A stretch of 64,000 nt of DNA, from positions 124,001 through 188,000 of the forward strand of contig MU054391.1 in the NCBI GenBank assembly GCA_013239625.1. Reading direction: 5' to 3'. Numbering within the stretch: position 1 is the stretch's first letter; each line of letters begins with the position of its first letter. The notes beneath the pieces are model-generated. The model had not been told where the DNA came from and made no database searches. It worked only from the letters and a program-made list of their open reading frames with translations. Below, in pieces: positions 10,501 through 21,686 of this stretch. Made by a program: the position numbers and the translations under genes. The DNA comes from Lama guanicoe. Lineage: Eukaryota.

Positions 10501-13500
10501 TTTCTTTTCTCTTAAAAAAGTTGTCAAACAATGATAGTATTTCTGTTTTAATCTTTTGGAAGGGTTCATCTAATACATTGTTTTTTTGTTGTTTCCTGCA
10601 GTTCCTGTCATTTTCTCCTGGTGTCTTTCATTTTTCTTTGGTGTGTAGTTTCCAGCAGCTTTATGGGGTCAACTCTGTTTCCTGAGTTTGTGTCTTGATG
10701 GTTTTCATCGGTGCTGGAAAACTCTGGGCTATTGTCTTTGTATATTTTCCCTCCTCTCATTCTGCTGAGACTCAACCTGAATGTATTTGGAATGTGAATT
10801 CCCTGTGCTTTTTCTCCTTTCTCCACACCTTTCCCTGGTTTTCAGTCTGAAATCTTCTACTGACCTCTTTCCTGATGTACTTGTCTTTCTGATGTTTTCA
10901 AGTCCGTAAGCCTCTGTTTATTGAATATTTAGTGTCTATTATTTTATTAATTCTTCAAGTTTTATATATTTTTATTGATTCCAATTTTCTGGTGAAATTC
11001 TACAAGGTGCCGTATATTTCTTGAACAATACAGATGGCAGTTATTTTAAAGTAAGTCTGGTAACTAATGCCTGGGGCATCCTGGAGCCTCCTTCCCTCCC
11101 CTTTTTTCTTTTCTTCTTTATGTCATTGCTTGGTAAGTGTGCTCGTTTGGATTAAATGCTGTACTTGATGTATTAAAAACGTAGAAGTCTGGATGGTGGC
11201 CCTTTGCCCCATGGGGAGGGGAATTGGTTTGGAGCTGACTTGGAACTGGTCTTGCCCTGGAGGGCGGGGCTGTGCTGGGTGGGCCTCTTGGGTGAGGCAT
11301 CCGCACAAGGGGTTCCTGCTGCCGCCTTGCCCTCCCCGGGCCTGGGGCCATCCGCTCGTTCTCTTGACTTCTCGCGCAGGGTAGCTGAAGAGGACTTGGG
11401 GGTGCCAGGCTCACTTCTCCCAGGGCTCTGCCTCCAGCTTCTCCAGCCCGGGCGGTCAGCGTGGTCCTCGTGCGTCTGCCTCTGTCAGCGGCTCGCTGCC
11501 CAGCACCCCTGTCCTCCTCACCCTGCCCATCACAGCTAACCGCCCCGCATGAGAGTCTAGAGCACAGTCCCTAGAGTGGGGTCCAGGGACCTTGGGCCCA
11601 TGAGACCAAAGTGCGAGGAAGGGCTCTGATCAAAGGGTCAGGCTGACCATGGCCGTGGCAGAGCGGGTAAAGCTGACTGGTGCGAGCTCACGTTCTGTGT
11701 TGCCAGGAACCTGCGAGCAGCCACCACTGAGTGGGCTTTGGTGGTGTGGCGGAGAGCGTCCGCCGCCGTCCACCACTGTCCACCACGGCTGTTCCCTGCT
11801 GGTCAGCCCGCCACTTGTGTGAGGCTGGGCTGGAGGGGGTCTCCACAGCTCAGAGCCCAGGCGCGTGGGAGGCCGGCTGTCTCTCAGGAAGTAGATGCTC
11901 CGTGAAGAGATTTGCACAAATGTGGAACAGTCCACTCTCCTCCATGAGTTCCAGTTTGGAGAGTATAGCTGTTTTTCCTTTAAAAAAGATGTAATAGTGG
12001 GTAATGCATTTTCATTATTTTTAAGTGAATAATAGATTTTTTAAATTTTCAGGTTTTAATAGCTTTGGTAAATTTCGGTAGATAAAACAAGTTGTTTATA
12101 GGGACGGCCTAAATAACCTTTAAAGAGTTAAAAATTTCTTCAGCCCAGAAGCTTGAGGGCTCTCCTCCGAGTTCTCGCCAGCGGCCCTCCCAGGCGGCCA
12201 GTCTTGTCCGCAGCAGTGGTGGGGGCACTGGGTGGGGCTTTGCCCGCGGAGGGTCCCCATCCGTGCACCCTGCCCTGTGCACGCGGTTGGGGTTTTGGCC
12301 TTTCTGAGCCTGGCTGTCATGGGAGCCTGTCGGTGACTCTGCAGAGGTGTTTAGATTTGATAGGCATTTTCTAGTTTTTTCTGGCAGTAGGTTTGTTTTG
12401 CTACAGGTTATTTCATTTATAGCTGCAAGCGGAAATCCTTTACCATGCATTCTTCCTAAGATGTTAATTTTAGCTGTTCCTCCTCTTTCTCAGTTATTTT
12501 AACATTAATCATCATGTAGCTACATGTGGCTGTCAGTGACTAAGTCTGTCTTTCCTAGATTCTGTGACTGCAGTCATTCCAAAATTGAGGAGAATGTTTA
12601 ATATTTAATCCCAGGACATTTCTCATACAGCTAATTTGGGGAAATAGCTTCTGATATTTGTTGTAGTAGATCTTGAAATAAGCTAGCACCTTGGGAGTGT
12701 GAGCAGAATTCAGTCCCAGCACTTGATTAAGGTGCTGCCCTGAACATCAGTGCAGGTGCACACGGAGAGTCCAGACCGATGCTTCCCAGCAGGATAACGA
12801 GGGTATTGTTGTCTCTTTGCTGCACTGATTAGAGGGTCATGACTCTGTTTAACCAGGTTTTCAGTGTCTTCTTTGTAGTTTCACCGTACAGCTATATTTT
12901 AGAGGGCTTTTTAGTGAGGAAGATAATTATTGGAATTGCATTCTCAGAAACTATTTTCACCTTTGTTTTGTGGCATATTTGTCCCTTTCTTATTCTGTCA
13001 TTATAATAGTCAAAAATCGTAAAATAGTTTTTCATTTATATTTTAGTGGTTTGTATTTATAAATTACGACAGCAAACAATGACAAGGTTTAGGTTAGAAT
13101 CAGTAAAAATATTCAGTGTCTTGTTTACCTTATGGAATTCATGCAGAATAAAGACCCAGACACTCAGCTCTTCATGTGTTTCCTTCTGGGTGGCTCTCCC
13201 CAAGCCCCACTGAAGATTTCCTCTCTCTCTCCCCAGCACTCTTCCCCTTCTCCGCTGCACTTCTCTGTGGGGCGCTGTCGCCCCTGAGCCGCCACACTGC
13301 GTGGGAGGGACGGCCGTCTGTCCTCCAGCTGGTGCACATCCCAGGGGCGGAGGGGGTTACGTGCTTGCAGAATGAAAACCGGGGCAAAACCTTGAAGGCT
13401 GTTTCTGAAGTTGAAGATGAAGTGTAAACTTTGTATTCACACATTACACTATTTCATGATTATTCCAAGGAACTTTATAAAATTTCTCTGCGGTAGTTTT

Positions 13501-15984
13501 AGGAAATTAGGCTAACTGTAATGTTAGCTTAAGAGTACCTAAGTGATTTAATTTAATTAGTAACAGATTTCAGTATAGCTTTTGTTTTTTAACCTAAAGT
13601 TCTGTTTTAGGTCCTCTAGGCTTAATTGGTCTAACTGTAAACATTACGTTTGATTTCTCGCTTACTTTCAGGTTACCAGAGAAGACTTTGTCACCTTTGA
13701 TTATATACTCTGTATGGATGAGAGCAACCTGAGGTAATCACACTTTTAAAGGGTGTTTCTGTTCAACTGGATTCAGTAATGGGCCAAGCAGTCGTTGTCC
13801 AAACTGACGTTTTAAAATTACTTTAAAGTTTTGATACATAGTGAAGGTCATAATACACAGAATTATTTATTTAGAATAGAAGGAAATCCAGAGAGTAATG
13901 TAGAGTTGTGTCATGGGTATGTTTTGCCAGACACACCTTTGGCGAGGGGGAGTCTGATTATATAAGGTGACGTTTTGTTTCACAGGAGAATGAGTTTGTT
14001 GCTGTTATAAGGATCTGTGGACAGTGTGGTGTTTTATTGTGTTTCTCATCTTACTCCCCATTACTGCTGCCCTGCCCCCAACCCCAGAAGAAAGACTGAC
14101 AACAAAGACAACTTTACTCTATTTAAATTCTTGATTGCCTCCATTGATTTAAGAAACACCATCTGTCAGACTAAGGTGTTAGGTGCAGATGGCTGTGGTG
14201 AGCAGTGTCCTGTGCTCGCACACTGGAGCGCTCATCCTGAAGGTTTGCACTGTTGCTGCGTCTTATCAGAGGAATTTGAGGCACAGAGACGTTAAGTTAC
14301 TGGCCCAAGTCCACAGACTCAGAGGCGGGTGTGGTGGAGTTGCGTTCCCCGCTCTGTGAGGCCCGTGAATCACACCCCGGGCCCTGTTGCCTGCACGTGC
14401 ATTTGACCTGGGAGGATGCGAATTTGGGCAGCAGGGCACTGGTGGCATTTCTGCAGCCGTGCACCTGGCGTGGTGACAGCGAGGAGGCACTTTCCTGACT
14501 CTGGTGTGGGCTCCCCTGTACTAACATTCACCCTAACAGAGAAATAGTGTAGCACGGTGTGCCTGCCAGACAAGTGAATACAACGTGTCTCACAGATTTA
14601 GAAGCAGACCGGGTGGGGTTTCGTGACCAAAGGGAATATGCAACCCTGTTCCCCTGTAAGATGGGCCTTGTGCTGTGGTCACGTGATAGATCTTGCCGGG
14701 TGAGATGCTGGGACCGGGCCTGCAGCCCCTAGGAGCTGGGGTTGGGGGAGCAGGGGACAGTGACATGCTTCACTGCTGATCCAAAAGTACTGCATGTGTT
14801 TGATTAGGAGAAACTCCTTCTGATCACCGTTGCAGGCTGGGCAGACACAGATGCAACAGGCTTACCTGGGTTTTCAGTAGAATATATAAACTTTCCATTT
14901 TTGTTTTCCAGTTTGTTTTGTTCTCATTTTTTCTCAGAATAGCTTATCGGCATTATCAGCAATAACTTGTTAGGGGACTCTGTGTGGTACTCTGTTCATT
15001 AAATTCCTAAACATGGTTGGCATTCGGTGGTGCAGCCCAGTCAGCCCTGCTCCCATCTGCCCCCCAGGGTTCAGCCTAGGTCGCTTCTCAGGGAGGGGTC
15101 TGCTCCAAGGCCTCGCAGGTTTCCGGGTGGACGCTCACATCCACCACTCCAGCTTCTCACAGGGATTAGTTAACGAAACACAGGAACAGTGGGCTCAGCG
15201 AGAAAGCTGAGGCGCTGCGTCCAGTAGTGGGAGCAAGGGAGGAGCGTCCACAGTGGGCGGCACGGCGGGCTTACTGCAGGAACGGCTGCGTCAGGTGGAG
15301 CCTGCTGCCCTCTGGGACGTGGTTCTCATGGCCTTTTGAGTTCCACTGTGTCACCTTTGTTCAGTTTCTGAGACAGGATGTTCTTGAACCTGCACTTCAC
15401 GGGAGGATATGTAACTACCGTTGTCGTAAAGCTGCACCTTCTGTGTAGAAGGTGTGAGAGTCACTGCTGTCCCCAGCTCCTTTGCTGGAGACACGGAGCC
15501 TAGTGACTGCAGCTCCCTGGAAGGCCGTCCTGTGCTGCTGAGTGTTTGATTTCCTATTTAAATCAAGTTCCTTTTGCTGGATTTTGATCTGGAGACTTCA
15601 CAAGACCCTAACAGATGTCCCAGTTTAACTTTAAACCATAGGTCAGAAAACTAAGTTCATGTTTCAATTTTACAGAGATTTGAATAGAAAAAGTAATCAA
15701 GTTAAAAACTGCAAAGCAAAAATAGAACTGCTTGGGAGCTACGACCCACAGAAGCAGCTGATTATCGAAGACCCCTATTACGTAAGTGCGGCCCTCACCC
15801 CGTCCTGCCGTCTGGGTGCCCGGCCGTCGGACGTCAGAGCGAGGCTGTCGGAAGGGCATTTCTCTTGGGCTGCTTTTGTTACATTTTCTTTACCCTGTCC
15901 TTCTAGGGCAACGACTCTGACTTCGAGACCGTCTACCAGCAGTGTCTGAGGTGCTGCAGGGCCTTCCTGGAGAAGGTTCACTGA
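1478..15984 (+). CDS. ACP1: Low-molecular-weight phosphotyrosine protein phosphatase (LMW-PTP), 158 aa; join(1478..1520,7380..7453,[7539..7652 or 7700..7813],13672..13733,15676..15781,15907..15984)
   Basis: Spliced translation gives [29 protein letters not shown]...[32 protein letters not shown]. It contains the CLGNICRS P-loop and the DPYY loop. All introns are GT-AG and the phases are consistent; total 477 nt. Confidence 0.98.
1736..1872 (+). repeat. 137-bp dispersed direct repeat, copy 1
   Basis: Ungapped match to 3183..3319 with 6 mismatches by manual alignment. Confidence 0.9.
3075..3575 (-). mobile_element. LINE-2-like remnant, interrupted by the 137-bp repeat copy
   Basis: Typical antisense L2 3' phrases: ccaggcactgttctggg...aaatccctgcctctc and agggccttactgaaaaggtgacatttgaacaaagg. 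By recall. Confidence 0.6.
3183..3319 (+). repeat. 137-bp dispersed direct repeat, copy 2
   Basis: Ungapped match to 1736..1872. Confidence 0.9.
3715..4000. mobile_element. MER58-like hAT-Charlie DNA transposon remnant
   Basis: tttatttatggac...atttgaattccatataattttc...tgtcacaagatattc resembles the MER58 internal sequence. By recall. Confidence 0.6.
6259..6813 (+). mobile_element. Solo ERV LTR, MER21/MER77-like
   Basis: TG...CA ends (tgtagtaagg ... aattgca), internal AATAAA and a motif order typical of this LTR group. Family from recall. Confidence 0.55.
7380..7453 (+). CDS. ACP1: ACP1 exon 2 ([25 protein letters not shown])
   Basis: Polypyrimidine tract and AG at 7378-7379; donor AAG|GTAAGT; completes the catalytic CX5R motif. 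Confidence 0.97.
7539..7652 (+). CDS. ACP1: ACP1 alternative exon 3F ('fast' isoform): [38 protein letters not shown]
   Basis: Acceptor ttctcctgcag; 114 nt, phase 0/0; donor CAG|GTACCG; peptide resembles the F-isoform segment. Confidence 0.95.
7700..7813 (+). CDS. ACP1: ACP1 alternative exon 3S ('slow' isoform): [38 protein letters not shown]
   Basis: Acceptor gtgttgcag; 114 nt, phase 0/0; donor CAG|GTAGAG; peptide resembles the S-isoform segment and is paralogous to 3F. Confidence 0.95.
10250..11070 (-). mobile_element. Old degraded L1 fragments
   Basis: T-rich antisense L1-like phrases (ccactctgacgaacacttggg...ctgtgaatatttttgtatgtg). Confidence 0.4.
13672..13733 (+). CDS. ACP1: ACP1 exon 4 ([21 protein letters not shown])
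   Basis: Acceptor tttcag; donor GAG|GTAATC; contains the DYILCMD motif. Confidence 0.97.
14230..14345 (-). mobile_element. MIR SINE remnant
   Basis: Core gaggaatttgaggcacagagacgttaagttactggcccaagtccacag. Confidence 0.6.
15676..15781 (+). CDS. ACP1: ACP1 exon 5 ([36 protein letters not shown])
   Basis: Acceptor tttacag; donor TAC|GTAAGT; DPYY loop with the general-acid Asp. Confidence 0.97.
15907..15984 (+). CDS. ACP1: ACP1 last coding exon ([25 protein letters not shown])
   Basis: Acceptor ttctag; TGA at 15982-15984. Confidence 0.97.
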   Translation, partial: GNDSDFETVYQQCLRCCRAFLEKVH

Positions 15985-16153
15985 CCGGTTCTGCTCCTGC
16001 GGGTCCCAGGCTCGTCCCCCGCCCGCAGTCCCAGCTACGTGTCACCGTGTAACCGTGCCGCTGGCTCAAGGCCACAGCCCTTCTTCCTTCAGTTGACTTT
16101 CTTACCTTAAAAAATAATTGTAGATGAAAATCAGTTGTTGTGTTTGGTGGAAA

Positions 16154-16163
16154 AATAAATAAA
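16154..16163 (+). terminator. ACP1: ACP1 polyadenylation signal (two overlapping AATAAA)
   Basis: AATAAATAAA about 170 nt after the stop codon. Confidence 0.7.
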
Positions 16164-18216
16164 AATTTCTGATTCAGACAGTTCATTGGGTAAGTGTTGG
16201 ACTAGCTGGACCTCCGCTCACCCTAGTTGTAGAAATACTAGGGCAGATGGAACAGTGGAAAACAAACCACAGTGAAGTCCAGCGTTGCTTTAAGGCCCCG
16301 GTCAGCATCAGAGCCAGAGGGCCTTGAGGTCACCCGCACTCCTTCTCCCTGTGTGGACGGAAGCCAGGGCCTGGCGTGGGAGGAGCACAGCCACGGCGAG
16401 GCGCTCGTTCACATGCCCGAGCACTCACCCGCACCCTCGGGTCAGGAGAGGAACCCTGGTGGGAGCGACCTCGCAGCGCTCCTCCTTCGTCGCTTGTGTC
16501 TAGTTAAGCCCGTGAGGAGATTCAGCTTGTTCCCGTTTGAACCACGTTGCCTCTGGGAATTCGACTGTATCGGGAAGAAGGACACTTGTGTGCTGGTTTA
16601 GCTTATGGTCAGTTTGAGAAATACGTCTGCTTTTATATACAGGTGGGAAAAACAGTAAGTTAGGAAAGGTTCTTTTACGTTGGAATGCTTGAATATGGAG
16701 ATGTTAAGAGTTTTTTTTATCAGTGCTTAGTTTATAGGCAAATACAGGTAATTTCCATGCACTTCTGTGAAATAACTAAAATCCTCATGGATGATGTCAG
16801 AGAAGATTGTTTTCAGAGTAAACTGGGGAAATCATAAAAGCGCAGCTAAGATATAGGTCTGGTGCCTCCCCGTTTTCTTCCTGGCAGGTGGAGAGGAGTC
16901 AGAACCACTGCCTTCACTGTCCTCTGGACGACGTGTGACGTGTGCCGTCCACACGTGGGAAGGAGTGGGGGTGCTGTGCACGTGGAGGCGCGTGGCTTCC
17001 ATGGCAGTGACGTCCACTCCTGGGAGAGGCGACGGACCCGTAGCCTCAGTGTCCCTGCCTCCCCCATCTGCAGCAGAGGGCGGGCACTACTCCTTGAAGC
17101 CGGCACCCCAGGTCAGGCCCAGGGAGGAGATGAGTGGCAGCTCTCCTCCACTTCTGTCTTCGTCTCAGTCATGGTTGGTGACCCGAGTCCTGGGAGGCCC
17201 CCGAGTCACACGTCAGTCTGAGTGGACAGGCGCTGGGATGCAGGGAAGCCAGAGGGTTGGCGTCCGGTCCTCAGTATCACGAGGTCCCAGGTGGGGGCTG
17301 TGTCTCCTGAAGCCGTGTGGCCCTGGGGGAGAAGCCTGCAGCCCCGCACCAGGCACCGGGGGCCGTGGGGCGGACACAGGGTCAGGGTGAGGAGAGGCTG
17401 TGCGGGCGTCTGCTCTGTGAGGGCCTTAACCGGCTGCGCCACAGGACAGCAGGGACTTGAGAGACTACAGAGATTGAATTTAATAATGGTCGCCCTAAAA
17501 AGTAAAGATTGAGAAAAACGTTTGATTGTAGTTAGAAAACAGGACTGAGTAAGCACCTCAGAAGTGATCCCCTCGCGCCCTCACCCTTCAGTGACTGCTA
17601 ATAGTCTCCAAGTGAAGACGTTTCTTCCTCTCCTATGTTCCTGTATATTCCTGGGTAAACCTCTGTCGTTTGCTCTCTTTAATGTTTACAGGTGTGTGTT
17701 AAATATGGATCCTCAGACAAATGCTAGGACCCTCAAGTCGACTGTCCTGATGGCTGTGCCCAGACCAGGGGCCACGTGAACAGAGAAACTCATTGCTGAA
17801 TTCACTTGTCTTTTAACAGATCCAGTAAGATTTGTTCAAAATACATCAAAATGACTGTAAAAATCAGGGGCTGCTTAGAAGCCTCAAGGTCCCTCTTAGT
17901 TTAGTGTTTCCATTACAGTCATACAGGAAATATGGCTGCAACCTTGTTTGAAATACTCGCCACCAAGTCAGGTTCTGTCATAAGTATGTTGCCAATGTGT
18001 GGGGCCGCTCTCTTAAAAAATGCTAACGTGTTTGTCCCGCACAGGAACCCGTAGCCTTCCTGTTTTATGTGTTTACACCCTTCGTGTCCTGTGACGTTCT
18101 GCCAGTATTTCGGTCTCTTTGCAGATTTGTAAATCATGAATTCCTAGCAGTGAACTTGCTCGGAAGTCAAGAGTCACTGTGAAGACTTCATTATAACAAA
18201 CACCGTATTACCTGGG

Positions 18217-18271
18217 TTTATTCACAGTATTTACATATTGCACAGTATCTGGACACTATTTTACATTTATT
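18217..18271 (-). terminator. ALKAL2: ALKAL2 polyadenylation signals (two AATAAA)
   Basis: TTTATT on + at 18217-18222 and 18266-18271. Confidence 0.65.
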
Positions 18272-18712
18272 ACACAAAGGACAAATGAAATTAGCCTGGA
18301 TATGTTCACAGATTTACTCTCCAATGTCTCCACAACTGAAGTTCGTTTGTTCTTTTTTTTTTTTAAATTTTTCATGCAGTTCCAAATAACACTCTGGGAA
18401 TTTAATTGTAAAAGTAAAAAATATTAAATAATACCATATGCTATATGAAAATATAGTTTCAGATTCTGCTGATCCTGCTTATGTTTCTAAAGAAATACTT
18501 GTGATGTCATCTAATCAGGAAAATGAGATCTCTCTCTGCCGTTCCACCGCGCGACGCTTCAAGTGTTCCTGTTTCTTAAAATGGCGAGTGGCGACTTTTA
18601 CTGTCAGGTACACCGATTTACTGCACGTGTGTCCACAGACAGTCAGCAACATACAAAACTCAGTGAAGGAATGTGGGAGAGTCAGTCTGCAAAAATAATC
18701 CTCTTGTTCACG

Positions 18713-18786
18713 GGTGTTCACGAAGGTAGCAGGTCGCCTCCTGCTGGTGTCCATGAAGGTAGCAGGTTGCCTCCTGCTGGTGTCCA
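18713..18786. repeat. 33-bp tandem duplication (about 2.2 copies) in the ALKAL2 terminal exon
   Basis: ggtgttcacgaaggtagcaggtcgcctcctgct followed by ggtgtccatgaaggtagcaggttgcctcctgct and ggtgtcca; 3 mismatches between the full copies. Confidence 0.9.
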
Positions 18787-19424
18787 AGGCACTTCTCGTG
18801 GTTCCTGGGCTGCCGCTCCTTTGCACCTCTGCTCACTGCTGGAAACAAACACATGCGGTTTTGTAGAACGGTTCACACTCGTCGATCCTGGAAGACTGAA
18901 TTATATGTAGCATAATGTGTTTATAAAGAATAGGAATCTCGGTCTGCACGTGTTTCTCTGTGTTTGGAAAAGTGTGGTCTATGTTGCTGTGGAAAGAGCT
19001 TGGTCCTACGGTTGCTGTGGGCCTGTGTGCCAGAGGGCTTAGTGGTGATGTGTGGCTGTCACGTTCTCGATAGTTCCATCTTGTTGATTTGTGGCCATCC
19101 TGGGTTTTTCAGATTTGGCTGCATTTTGTAGAATGGGCTGGGTACCTGTTACTCAAAACTCTGTTTCTCTGAAAATATTCCAGAGCTCAGGCTTTTAACT
19201 TACCTGAGGGGCAAGTCCTGATAATGAGTGTGTGTGTGAGGACGTCCTGCCCTGTGGGAGGGTGGCTGGGAGCCTACAGCTCCTCTGGCTGGAGAAGCAG
19301 CAGTTAGTGAGCTTCAGAAAGAGGCAGCAGAAGATTCTGCTGTGAGATCACAGGTGCGGAGGGCCCCTGTGCTCGGACCCGCTGAAGGCCTACTTCTTCC
19401 AGACAGCCTTTAAGAAGCTGAGGT

Positions 19425-19865
19425 CATGAAGAACCTGTGTTCATCAGCAGAGGAACAGATGAAGATGTGTGTGTGTATGAGGAACACTACTCAGCTATTA
19501 AAAGGAATGAAGTTTTGCCATTTGCAACAACATGAACTGTCTTGGAGAGTATTATGCTAAGCGGAGTAAGACAGACAAATGCTGTGTGACATCACTTACG
19601 TGTGCAATCTAAAAAATAAACCAGTGACTATCGAAAAAGAAACAGACTCACAGATAAAGAGAGTGGTTACCGGTGGAGAGAGGGCGGGGGCAAGATGAGA
19701 GGTGCAGACTACTTTGTGTAAAATAAATAAACTGCAGGAGTATGTTGTACAAAGCAGGGGACACAGCCAGTATTTCATAACTACAAATGGAGCATAACCT
19801 TTAAAACTGAATCACTGTTGTACACCTGAAACATGCTGTACATTGACTATACCTCAATTAAAACA
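19425..19865 (+). mobile_element. 5'-truncated L1 (end of ORF2 plus 3' UTR) in the last ALKAL2 intron
   Basis: tactcagctattaaaaggaatgaagttttgccatttgcaacaacatg...attatgctaag...tgtacacctgaaac...tatacctcaattaaaa. Confidence 0.8.
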
Positions 19866-21621
19866 TTTTTTTCATTTATAGCATCCTGTAGATTAAAAAA
19901 AAAAAAGTTGAGTCATGATCTGGAGTAGGAAGAGGCGCCTTGTTCTGCAGCTCTGTCCTGACGTCTTCAGGATGACAATGCAGCAGCAAGGTGTTTGGCC
20001 ACACAAGGAAATGCCACTGCCCTGCACTTCAGGGCACACAGAGACCCTTGACTGCATCGTCATCAACCAGCTAAGAGCTCGCTGTTACACCTTAGAACTG
20101 GAACAGGAAGAAATGAATCTTTTAAAATGTTATGAAATTATTTTAGGAGAAATACCTTTTTTAAAAACTACCTGTTTCTTAGCCAAAATGAACACGATCA
20201 CTGAGTTGTGACAAGTGTGATGCTGAGCATGGCGCCCTTCTGAGAGTGGACACCTAGGCACACACCTTGATCCTTCTGTCTTTCACAGAATGTCTCTATG
20301 TTGGGTGCCTGCCCGGGTGTGCCCTCCAGGGCGTGTTCGTCCTAGGCAGATGCGGAGGGAGACCACGCTCAGGGGTAGCCCCACGGAAGCCTCCATTCCC
20401 TGAGTAATGAGTACATGTGCTATCTTAACGGCAGGTAGCGGTGTCTCCAGGGCAGACTGTGGCCTGAGTGGTTGTTCCTGTGGATGTGGACACAGGGCAG
20501 CGGGTCTCCCACTTGTAAGTGAATGGAGTTGTTTTCCAAGGCTGTGCCTATTCACCTCTGGAAACCATGATGCCTTAACTATAAAGAAATGCTTAATAAA
20601 AACAACATTCTCACTTCCCCTAGCACATACTTTGGGAGACTCACAAAAATCCATTCATTCGTTTAAGAGAAGACGTTTTCCTTTCGTCACGTGGGCAGTG
20701 GGAGAGAAACTGGGCAGTGTGCAGGTGAGAAGTGAAGGTGCAGGCGTGTCTCAGCTCCGTCACCAGAAGCTGGGCGTTCGCAAGTGAAAGGTGCCCTGAG
20801 TCTCTGAGTCTGTGCAGCGTGGGCTCACATCCCCCAGCCTCGCGTCTCACGGAGCCCATCTATCAGCGGGGCCTGGGAAGGGGGCAGCTGGTTCGGACGG
20901 CGCTCCAGTAGCTCCTGCTCGGCAGCCTAGACATGGCCAGTGGACCGAGGGGACGGCGGCCTGAGGGTGCCTAGGGGAGCCCCGCAGCGGCAGCGCCCAG
21001 CATGCACGGGTGGTGTGCTGTCAGGAGGTCACAGTTTGGGGCTGAAATCGGTGGCATTTGTCTCAGGGAAACGAAGCCTTTCAGTCCATCCTGACCGTCT
21101 GGCAGAGCTTGGTGTTACACGTTACATGTCAGCCTTCACGAGGCCAAGCGGAAAGTTTAGTTCATAAACTCTGTGTGCGTTTGCATTTTTACCAGCAGAG
21201 GCTACGAAAAATAACTCTGACAGAAACATTCAAGAGGATCCCTATTCTTAGCTCTTCTATAGACTCCAACTCAAACATCTGCCTGCGTGCCTCCGAAATG
21301 TGCTTGGATGTGGTTAGTCAGATGCTCAGCTCTGAACGTCAGAACGAGGGCCTCGACGTGGACAGGCGGGTGCCGGTGCGCTGCGTCACACGCAGGTCCG
21401 TAGCCAGTGGGCTGTGTGCACGTGGATGGGCGGCCGGGTCCCCGGGCTCCCGAAGCTGCGTGGAGCTGGCAGGGTCCTCCTCCTGCTGCCAGAATTCGAG
21501 ACTGGGGTGTCCGCTCTCCCTTACTCAGAGCGAAGCTACTTTAGCCAAAGAATGAATGTCTCTAAACCCTCCTGGATTTTCGTGTCTCAAGCAGACCGGG
21601 TCTCTGGGCTGTCAGCTTACC

Positions 21622-21686
21622 TTACCCCTCCACGCACAGCGGACTGACAGCCAGCCGAGTGAGAAGCCGGGCGCACCGTTTGTAGT
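21622..21686 (-). CDS. ALKAL2: ALKAL2 coding exon 4 ([21 protein letters not shown])
   Basis: Acceptor ctacag; TAA at 21624-21622, followed by one exonic G and the donor GTAAGC at 21620. Confidence 0.95.

Larger units (their letters stand above)
18200..18838 (-). other. ALKAL2: ALKAL2 terminal exon (3' UTR); 3' end approximate
   Basis: Acceptor gtttgtttccag|CAG|TGAGCAGA (tandem CAGCAG); AU-rich body; minus-strand AATAAA at 18271-18266 and 18222-18217. Confidence 0.8.
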
